DNA from: a virus
Strand: one strand, 5' to 3'
DNA length: 64,000 nucleotides
Virus record (IMG/VR): IMGVR_UViG_3300025759_000058
Below the pieces are notes generated by a model, which did no database searches, was not told the origin of the DNA, and saw only the letters and a list, made by a program, of their open reading frames with translations. Every line of letters begins with the position of its first letter. The stretch's first letter is position 1. Below are positions 1-7,810 of the stretch, one piece after another. Made by a program: the position numbers and the translations under genes.

Positions 1-387
1 GTATCATTTAGTGGTAGAGCTAGTAATTATGGTGGTATAGGGTCAACTTATTTTGATATTATAGGAGCGGCACAAAATAATGATAATGTGTGGCATTTAG
101 TGGGTCTCACATATTCTGTAACAGATCAAGAAATAGTTATGTACGTTGATGGCGCAGTAGACGAAACATTTACCGCAAACGGTAGTTTAACTGCTTTAGG
201 AGGAGGAGGTGCTACTCGTTACGGTATTGTAGCAGATGGATCTGAAGCTACATCAGAAAATGGAAGTAGAAATAATGTCTATTACCAAGGTGATATAGCG
301 TCAATTTTATTCTACGAAAATACAGTACTCACAGCACAACAAGTTACAGATCTGTGGAACGGACAAAAATCAACATTTGGATATTAA
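1..387 (+). CDS. LamG/concanavalin-A-like virion adhesin (5' truncated by window edge)
   Basis: Frame is open from base 1. Contains WHLVGLTY..MYVDG and YQGDIASILFY..LTAQQV LamG motifs; paralogous to the next two genes. Confidence 0.75.
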   Translation, partial: VSFSGRASNYGGIGSTYFDIIGAAQNNDNVWHLVGLTYSVTDQEIVMYVDGAVDETFTANGSLTALGGGGATRYGIVADGSEATSENGSRNNVYYQGDIASILFYENTVLTAQQVTDLWNGQKSTFGY

Positions 388-390
388 AAA

Positions 391-1098
391 ATGGCATTCT
401 TATATTCACCTAAAATAGTAACAGAAGGTTTAGTTTTAGCAATTGATGCTGCTAATAAAAAATCCTACCCTGGCAGTGGAACTGGATTTAATAATTTAGT
501 AGATTCTTCAAATAATTTTACTATTAATGATGCCCCTACCTTTAATACATCACCTGATAGGTTTACTTTTTCTTCCAATCAAATAACCCAATATTTTGAA
601 AAATCATCATATAGTTTTCCGGTAAATGATTATTCTATTTCAATATGGATAAAATTTACATCAACGTCATTTAATGGTGCTACTGTTAGTTATGCTGTTG
701 ATTCAAGCAGTACAGGGAATAATGAATCTTTAATGTATTTTTCATCGGGGGATTTAAGATTTTACGGACCCAATGGTGGTAATGTTTCTACTAGTTGGAC
801 TATACCTAATACTACTTCTTGGTTTAATTTAGTAAGAGTAAGAACCAAAACCAGTGGTAACGAAAAACTTTATGTAAACGGAGTACAAGAATATTCAGGA
901 ACTTTGGATGCTAATATATCTAATGGAACACCAGGTACCCTTATCTTTGGACAAGAACAAGATTCAGTTGGTGGTGGATTCGATCCCAACCAATGTTTTT
1001 ATGGTGATTTTGCAGCAATGAAATTATATAATAGAATATTATCACTTTCTGAAGTCACCCAAAACTACAACGCACTCAAATCACGCTTCGGCCTATAA
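391..1098 (+). CDS. LamG-domain virion protein
   Basis: N-terminal IVTEGLVLAIDAAN..SYPGSG, WFNLV..LYVNG, C-terminal LYNRILS..EVTQNYNALKSRFGL. Confidence 0.8.
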   Translation: MAFLYSPKIVTEGLVLAIDAANKKSYPGSGTGFNNLVDSSNNFTINDAPTFNTSPDRFTFSSNQITQYFEKSSYSFPVNDYSISIWIKFTSTSFNGATVSYAVDSSSTGNNESLMYFSSGDLRFYGPNGGNVSTSWTIPNTTSWFNLVRVRTKTSGNEKLYVNGVQEYSGTLDANISNGTPGTLIFGQEQDSVGGGFDPNQCFYGDFAAMKLYNRILSLSEVTQNYNALKSRFGL

Positions 1099-1786
1099 CA
1101 AGAAAAAAATTAACTATGGGAACATTCGGAGGAGCACAACCAATCGTAACAGACGGACTAGTATTTGCCGTTGACGCGGCAAATTATGAATCGTATACCA
1201 GTGGTAGTACTACATGGAGTGATTTAGCAGGCAGTAATAATGGTACTCTAATAAATGGACCTACATTTGATTCGGGAAATGGTGGTAGTATTGTTTTTGA
1301 TGGGACGAATGCTTATATCCAGAATGGTTACTTAGATAATGGAGGGGGTTCTGGCACGGCACAATCGTATAACATTTGGTTTAAGGCTGATACTTTAAAC
1401 GTTTCAGGCACCTCACAAGGTTTATTATTTTGGGATGTTTATAATGGGATAAGAATTCTCCATAATTCTGGAGAAATTGGTATTCAAACAGATGGGGATA
1501 ATTCTGATGGGGATTTTTCCCCAACCCCTACCGCTACTACAAATACGTGGCATAATGTAGCTTTTAATTTTAACCAAGGAGTTAGTTATGAGTGTTGGTT
1601 TGATGGAGTTTCTTTTGGTTCAGCAGCTACAAGTGATACTAGTGGTGCCCCCTCCACAAATCTTTTAATAGGAGCTAAAAATCATAATGGAATTACTCAA
1701 GACTTTTTTAATGGTAATATAGCTATAGTACAAGCATACAACCGCGCCCTCTCCTCCACAGAAATCACCCAAAACTACAACGCACT
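1055..1786 (+). repeat. 22-nt exact direct repeat TCACCCAAAACTACAACGCACT at 1055-1076 and 1765-1786
   Basis: Read directly; lies at the 3' ends of the two LamG paralogs. Confidence 0.9.
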
Positions 1787-1808
1787 TAAAGGAAGATTCG
1801 GTTTGTAA
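1116..1808 (+). CDS. LamG-domain virion protein
   Basis: Same architecture as 391-1098 (IVTDGLVFAVDAAN; WHNVAF; YNRALS..EITQNYNALKGRFGL). Confidence 0.8.
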   Translation: MGTFGGAQPIVTDGLVFAVDAANYESYTSGSTTWSDLAGSNNGTLINGPTFDSGNGGSIVFDGTNAYIQNGYLDNGGGSGTAQSYNIWFKADTLNVSGTSQGLLFWDVYNGIRILHNSGEIGIQTDGDNSDGDFSPTPTATTNTWHNVAFNFNQGVSYECWFDGVSFGSAATSDTSGAPSTNLLIGAKNHNGITQDFFNGNIAIVQAYNRALSSTEITQNYNALKGRFGL

Positions 1809-1817
1809 TATTTATAT

Positions 1818-1845
1818 ATGAACCTTTGGAAAGTGAAAAAGGCAT
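1818..1845 (+). promoter_or_regulatory. 5' leader hairpin occluding the ribosome-binding region of the fibre gene
   Basis: ATG-(AA bulge)-CCTTT / loop GGAAAGTGAA / AAAGG-CAT, lying between the ATATTTATA motif (1808-1816) and ATG 1849. Confidence 0.5.
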
Positions 1846-1848
1846 TTA

Positions 1849-4800
1849 ATGGCAAACGAATTTATAGCAAGGAAAGGGCTAATAGCCTTACAAGACTCCC
1901 AAATAACTGGAAGTTTAGGAGTTACAGGAAATATAACAGTTACTGGAACTGTAGATGGTGTAGATGTAGCAACTTTAAAAAGCGACTTTGACACATTAGA
2001 AGGTAAAACATTAGTTTCAGGTTCTTCCCAAATCACTATAGGATCCACCACAGGAACAATCACTTCAGCTAAAATATCTGATGTAGATGCTTTCTCACAA
2101 AGTGGAACATACGCAAGCTTAAGAGCCCAAGGTACCACAAAAGGAGATGTTGGTTTAGGAAACGTAGAAAACACAGCATTATCTACTTATACAGGTAATG
2201 GAGGTGCTTTAGACAACCAATATATTACTAATGGTGCTGGTTATACTACAAACACCGGTACAGTAACTTCAGTAGGAGGCACAGGAACAGTAGATGGACT
2301 TACTTTATCAGGTACTGTAACAAGCACAGGTAACCTTACTTTAGGTGGTGCTATTTCTATCACAACATCCTCAATTACAAACTTCCCAACCGAAGTATCC
2401 CGCTCAGCAGCAGCCGCTGGATTTGGATCTGGTGGGGGTGGTGGATCTGATTTTCCTTATACAGGAAGTGCAATTATTTCTGGTAGTTTAGAAATAATAG
2501 GTAAAATAACAGGTTCAGTATTAATTGAAGGTTCTGGTTCAACACTATTTGAAATAGTAGGTTCAGAAGGCCAATTATTCTCAGTTACAGATAATCTTTC
2601 GGGTTCACTTTTTGCAGTTAGCGATGTTTCTGGTTTACCAATTCTAGAAGTTTTCTCAGATGATACTGTCAAAATTGGAACATTTAATAACGAAGCTATA
2701 ATTGTTAATGGTTCAACAGCTATTGTTAGTGGTTCATTTAGTGGAAGTTTTGAAGGTGATGGTAGTGGATTAACAGGTGTAGGTAGCGTAGATACGACAG
2801 GTACCCCTGCTAATGACCAAATAGCAATATTTACAGACTCAAATACAATTGAAGGCGATTCAAATCTTACGTGGGATGGTTCCATATTTACTATTAACGG
2901 AACAGGTTCTATTGATTTACTCCAAGTAGATGATAAATTACAAGGTAATGGTTCAGGTTTCCAATTCTTTGCATTTAATGAAGACACAGTAAAAGTTAAA
3001 TTCGCTAACTGGTACTCATCCAACGATAGACAATATGGGATGGGTCAGCTTTGGTTCGAAACTTGGTTTGCCGCAATTGACAACCAGGTAAGTAGAGATG
3101 CTAGAAGAATAGGATTTTATCTTGAAGAACCAGATGCTGGATCTACTGATTCAGGTACCCCAGGCCAACACCCAACAAATGCTCGTTTTTATGTAGATAT
3201 AACAGGTTCGTATGTTGCTAGTGGGGGTTTACACGTAACTGATGCTGACTTTAATGTTGAGTCAAATGGTAACGTTGAAGTAAACGGTAGTTTAACTGTA
3301 AAAAATTCATCTACTGGGTTTTTATTAAAAGATAGTTCAGGAACCTCTACATATGTTAACTTTTCTCCTCAAGGTGGTTTATACATAAACCCAGGTGGTG
3401 CTGGAAATAGCATAAGCGCTAGTAGTGATATTACAACTCATGGGGATATAATAGGCGAAAGTACTCATATTAAACTTATTGGACCTGATGGAGGTGGTGG
3501 ATCCTTTACATACCTAAGTAGTAGTGGCGACCCTGCCGCCGGCGGTTTTAAATTATCGTTAGGAGATATAGACGGAATAGGTAACACTACAACTATTACA
3601 ATTAATGATAATACCGAACAAATTTTATTAAGTAAAGCATTAAGCGTAACTGGCAACATAACAGTTACTGGAACTGTAGATGGTGTAGATATAGCTTCAT
3701 TGGAAAGCAGTGTACAAGCTAATGATGCTAAAATCGTTAGCTTAACTGCTGCAACAAGTTCTTATTTAACTTCATCACCATTTACGGCAGCAGGAATTTC
3801 AGGATCATTCAACTCAGTAAGCGCTTCATTAGCTGCTAATATTCCTACTAATAACAACCAATTAATTAATGGTGCTGGTTATACTACAAATACAGGCACA
3901 GTTGATACTTCAGGCACCCCAGTAGCTAATGATTTTGCTAAATTCACAGATGCTAATACAATTGAAGGCAGAAGCTACTCAGAGGTAAAAACCGATTTAT
4001 CATTAAACAACGTAGAAAACACAGCCTTATCTACTTACACAGGCAACGGTGGTGCTTTAGACAACCAGTATATTACTAACGGCGCAGGTTATACCACAAA
4101 CACAGGTACTGTAACATCTGTAGGAGGTACAGGTACAGTAAGCGGACTTTCATTATCAGGCACTGTAACAAGTACAGGTAATCTTACTTTAGGGGGTACA
4201 ATATCAATTTCTTCAACCAATATTACAGATGTAGATGCTTTCTCACAAACAGGTACTTATGCCTCGCTAAGAGCTCAAGGCACAACTGCTGCAGATGTAG
4301 GGTTAGGAAACGTAACTAACGAGTCAAAAGCTACTATGTTTACGTCTCCAACATTTACAGGTACAGTAGCAATTCCAGGATTTGCAGATGTTTCAGCTTC
4401 ATTAGCAGCAGCAGTTGCAGGTGGTGACAATTTAGGTAACCATACTGCTACGCAAGACTTGAATATATCTAATAATGCTATCATTAACGTGGCTAGTATA
4501 ACTGGTAGTGATTCTGCGGCTATTGAAATAACATCATATCCAATTGGTTATGAACAGCTCGCATCATTTCCAATAACAGGATCTGGATTAGTTATACGAG
4601 AGACTGGTCTGCCGGCGAACAACTATCCTATGTTAAAAATCGGCGATGTTGAAATGGTCGATATTAATTCAGTAGTTAGCCCGAATGTCTTTTTAATACA
4701 TAATGTTGATTCGTTTTTAGTAGCATCTGGAAGTGAGCCTGTTAATCTATTTGGCGACGGCCCAAATAAATTATTTGAACATACTGGCGATGACTTTAAA

Positions 4801-5424
4801 ATTTATACAAAAGGTATTGATGCGGCAAAAATGACAGTTACATCGGCATCCGTTTTGATTTCTGATGCAGATTTACAAGTAGCAGGAAGATTATTCAATG
4901 TAGCTAGCGAAACTACGATTGAGTATATAGCTGGATATACAGCTGTTCCCAATCCATCTCCGACAAATGAGCTGTATGTACAATCTGTAAGCTCTGTAAT
5001 TGCTAATACTAATCGTATATTCAATACAGGTTCATCAGCATTAGCTAGTGATGGTGGCGCATTAGGCGATGTAGTTAAATTCGGAGGTACTACAACAACC
5101 GCCGGCGGATTATATTATTTAAATAGTAGTGGTGGATGGACTTTAGCTCAAGCCAATGCTGGAGGAACGTCGACAGGTTCATTAGCCGTTGCGTTAGGAA
5201 CTAATTCAACAACGGATGGCATGTTATTGCGCGGCTTTGTTAATCCATTCGGTTTATCTGATGCAGGCATCGGAGCTCCAGTATATGTTGCTAGTGCATC
5301 TGCCGGCAGATTTAGCGGTTTACCGTCACAACAAACGGGAGAAATTGTTCGAGTGGTTGGCCATGCATATGGAACTGACTTAGTTTATTTTCACCCATCT
5401 AATAACTGGATTGAAATTGCATAA
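1849..5424 (+). CDS. Long virion fibre/decoration protein with internal duplicated modules
   Basis: 1191 aa, G/S/T-rich, repeated blocks; C-terminal LYYLNSSGGW..A.A...LAVALG..GMLLRG domain resembles capsid cement/fibre anchor domains. Confidence 0.7.
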   Translation: MANEFIARKGLIALQDSQITGSLGVTGNITVTGTVDGVDVATLKSDFDTLEGKTLVSGSSQITIGSTTGTITSAKISDVDAFSQSGTYASLRAQGTTKGDVGLGNVENTALSTYTGNGGALDNQYITNGAGYTTNTGTVTSVGGTGTVDGLTLSGTVTSTGNLTLGGAISITTSSITNFPTEVSRSAAAAGFGSGGGGGSDFPYTGSAIISGSLEIIGKITGSVLIEGSGSTLFEIVGSEGQLFSVTDNLSGSLFAVSDVSGLPILEVFSDDTVKIGTFNNEAIIVNGSTAIVSGSFSGSFEGDGSGLTGVGSVDTTGTPANDQIAIFTDSNTIEGDSNLTWDGSIFTINGTGSIDLLQVDDKLQGNGSGFQFFAFNEDTVKVKFANWYSSNDRQYGMGQLWFETWFAAIDNQVSRDARRIGFYLEEPDAGSTDSGTPGQHPTNARFYVDITGSYVASGGLHVTDADFNVESNGNVEVNGSLTVKNSSTGFLLKDSSGTSTYVNFSPQGGLYINPGGAGNSISASSDITTHGDIIGESTHIKLIGPDGGGGSFTYLSSSGDPAAGGFKLSLGDIDGIGNTTTITINDNTEQILLSKALSVTGNITVTGTVDGVDIASLESSVQANDAKIVSLTAATSSYLTSSPFTAAGISGSFNSVSASLAANIPTNNNQLINGAGYTTNTGTVDTSGTPVANDFAKFTDANTIEGRSYSEVKTDLSLNNVENTALSTYTGNGGALDNQYITNGAGYTTNTGTVTSVGGTGTVSGLSLSGTVTSTGNLTLGGTISISSTNITDVDAFSQTGTYASLRAQGTTAADVGLGNVTNESKATMFTSPTFTGTVAIPGFADVSASLAAAVAGGDNLGNHTATQDLNISNNAIINVASITGSDSAAIEITSYPIGYEQLASFPITGSGLVIRETGLPANNYPMLKIGDVEMVDINSVVSPNVFLIHNVDSFLVASGSEPVNLFGDGPNKLFEHTGDDFKIYTKGIDAAKMTVTSASVLISDADLQVAGRLFNVASETTIEYIAGYTAVPNPSPTNELYVQSVSSVIANTNRIFNTGSSALASDGGALGDVVKFGGTTTTAGGLYYLNSSGGWTLAQANAGGTSTGSLAVALGTNSTTDGMLLRGFVNPFGLSDAGIGAPVYVASASAGRFSGLPSQQTGEIVRVVGHAYGTDLVYFHPSNNWIEIA

Positions 5425-5447
5425 TATGCTTAAATATATTTATAATC

Positions 5448-5813
5448 ATGACGCATCATAATTTAAATGACTTAATGTTAAGTCAAAGTTTATTACAAGA
5501 ACAAATATCAGAACTTCAACTTCAACAAGCAGAAGAAGAATATTTGAATTCCCCCATATACGTTTATAACCAATTAAAACCTCACCCAGATACTATCCGA
5601 ACCAACCCATATGATGATAGCACAGGTTTTAATTATCCTTTATACGATCATTATGTTAACCCAACATTAGATTTAGGGTATTGTCACGAATATATTTATG
5701 AGCGTAGGTATACTAATGGAGTATTAACTCATTTTCAACAATTTGGGGTAGAAACTACAGGTAGTGCCCTACTTAAAACCCCTAACATAACAACAATTAA
5801 TATAAGAGAATAA
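5448..5813 (+). CDS. Hypothetical protein, possibly fibre/spike-associated
   Basis: ORF directly after an ATATTTATA motif (5436-5444); TAATG coupling to the next gene. Confidence 0.55.
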   Translation: MTHHNLNDLMLSQSLLQEQISELQLQQAEEEYLNSPIYVYNQLKPHPDTIRTNPYDDSTGFNYPLYDHYVNPTLDLGYCHEYIYERRYTNGVLTHFQQFGVETTGSALLKTPNITTINIRE

Positions 5814-7471
5814 TGGCCACTTATTACGTTTCAGATCAAAATGGTAGTGATGCAAACGCAGGTACATCTGCTGGAGCAGCTAAAAAAACAGTAGCAGCAG
5901 GTTTAGCTCTTATGTCTGCTGCTGGAGATATTTTATATATAGGACCTGGGGTTTATTATCACACCACTACTAATAGTATAAATGGTGATGGGACTATAGA
6001 TAACCCTAAAAAAATCATAGGAGACACTCAAGCTGAATACTTAACAAGCGATACCCCGGGGGAAGTTATTTTAACAGCCATGGACTCAGCTACTTTAATA
6101 CCCGTACGGAATTTTAGTGGTCTTAGTTTTATTGGGGATGATTATTGGCATATTAAAAATCTAACATTTGTAGGTTATACAGGAACAACGGGAAGGGGAA
6201 TATTTTGTTCTACTAGTTATGGGGTTTTTATAGAAAATTGTCATTTTTCTAATTGTAGCTTTGCTATCCAAAACAGTTCTTTCACAACACATGATGTTAC
6301 TGCTTACAATTGTAGTTCTATAGGAGGTAGATTTGGTTTTTATGGTTGTAATAGTGTTAATTGTGTTGCTATAGGGGGTTTTAGTGGTTTTGGGTATGCT
6401 TATGTTTATGGGTGTTTAGCTATAGGATCATCTAATGGCTTTTACAATTGTTCTATAGATGAATATGGTACTTTAGGTAGTGATTATGGTGCTGTTTATA
6501 ATAGCAATGCTATAGCTTGTAACATAGGCTTTTCTAATAGTGGGGGGCAAAATAATGTAGCTGTAGGATCAGCAACCGCCGGGCTAGATTCCGGAAACTA
6601 TAACATGATAGGTTTCCTTTCAATAGCTGGTTATTATGCTTATCAAAATGGGGATACTATAGCAGCAGGAATTTACCCCAACATAAACTCAGGTTCAGAA
6701 TTATCCTCAGTTTATTACTCAGGATATGGTTCCTCGATTAACCAGTCTGTTGATGATGTCAACTTTACTCCAACAGAAGCTAAGGGTATGCTTTATACTG
6801 GATATGTAGGGATTTGTAATGATCTACAACATATGCTTAGAAACCGTCCTCTCCCTGGGACTGATTATTTTTACTCAGGAAGCACAGGATTACCTTTTTA
6901 TGTGACCCAAATAACAGGTTCAGCAGGTACTCAAGGTGAAGCTTTAGAAGCATTTGTTTCCGGAGCAGGTATTAGATATGCTTCTAACTGGTTAAAAGAC
7001 ACATATGCCCCTCCCGGATCCTATGATACTATAGGAGTCCCTATGGGTAATATTAAAGCAGGAGGTGAGGGATTTACAGATACTAACAAATTCCAAGGAG
7101 CATTCCCAGGATACCAATTCCCCGATTCACCTGTAATAGACAATACTTATGTAACAGGAAGCAATTTTGGAATTAAAGCTTTAGGTTATGGGGGATTTGC
7201 TTTAGCAGCTAATATTAGTGGTTCACTAACTGCTTCTGTTTCTGTAAAATACAATGTTACTTCTGATCCTCCAAAATTAATTCTAGTAGATAAATTAGTT
7301 AATGGACAAATAGTTTCGGCATCTGCTAGTGGAACCGGGGACCAAACAGGAACTTGGCAGACCCTAACAGTTAATACAACTGCTGCTAATCCTATTGATG
7401 TTGTGTTGGTTAATGTTGATACTGATGATGCTTCATATGTACACTTCTCTAATTTTGATTTAAATGGGTAA
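5813..7471 (+). CDS. Right-handed beta-helix (pectin-lyase-like) tailspike/depolymerase-like protein
   Basis: MATYYVS..GSDANAGTS..KKTV..AGDILYIGPGVY N-cap, followed by Asn/Cys/Gly ladder repeats typical of parallel beta-helices. Confidence 0.7.
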   Translation: MATYYVSDQNGSDANAGTSAGAAKKTVAAGLALMSAAGDILYIGPGVYYHTTTNSINGDGTIDNPKKIIGDTQAEYLTSDTPGEVILTAMDSATLIPVRNFSGLSFIGDDYWHIKNLTFVGYTGTTGRGIFCSTSYGVFIENCHFSNCSFAIQNSSFTTHDVTAYNCSSIGGRFGFYGCNSVNCVAIGGFSGFGYAYVYGCLAIGSSNGFYNCSIDEYGTLGSDYGAVYNSNAIACNIGFSNSGGQNNVAVGSATAGLDSGNYNMIGFLSIAGYYAYQNGDTIAAGIYPNINSGSELSSVYYSGYGSSINQSVDDVNFTPTEAKGMLYTGYVGICNDLQHMLRNRPLPGTDYFYSGSTGLPFYVTQITGSAGTQGEALEAFVSGAGIRYASNWLKDTYAPPGSYDTIGVPMGNIKAGGEGFTDTNKFQGAFPGYQFPDSPVIDNTYVTGSNFGIKALGYGGFALAANISGSLTASVSVKYNVTSDPPKLILVDKLVNGQIVSASASGTGDQTGTWQTLTVNTTAANPIDVVLVNVDTDDASYVHFSNFDLNG

Positions 7472-7715
7472 AGTAAAATTAATATATGGTACCGTACCTT
7501 ACTTATATACTACTACTCCTCAGTTAATATATGGTAGTATACCGTTCGTTACAGCCCCTGTAAAAACGCTATCAGCTGTTGAATCACCCCCACCTCCTCC
7601 TCCATCAGGGGTGTCAATTAGTTCTATTGATGGTATACTTAAAGCTAATATATCATCTTTTTCTGGAGTTTCTGCAGCTCAAATTGCATCTATTGATGGA
7701 ATTAATTGGAGTTAA
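7464..7715 (+). CDS. Small Pro-linker virion protein
   Basis: LIYG.(V/I)P duplicated, poly-Pro linker, three I(S/A)S(I/F)(D/S)G(I/V) repeats. Confidence 0.55.
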   Translation: MGKVKLIYGTVPYLYTTTPQLIYGSIPFVTAPVKTLSAVESPPPPPPSGVSISSIDGILKANISSFSGVSAAQIASIDGINWS

Positions 7716-7810
7716 TTTGGTTCTTTTAACTTTATTACATACGTATATCTAAACATTTAAAATTTTAAAAAGTTATATAACTTTTGTGATATTTATAACA
7801 AAGGATTCGT

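Noticed and set aside
1055-1786. Diversity-generating retroelement TR/VR pair
   Set aside because: The repeat is short, both copies are coding, flanking differences are not adenine-specific, and no reverse transcriptase is present in the window.
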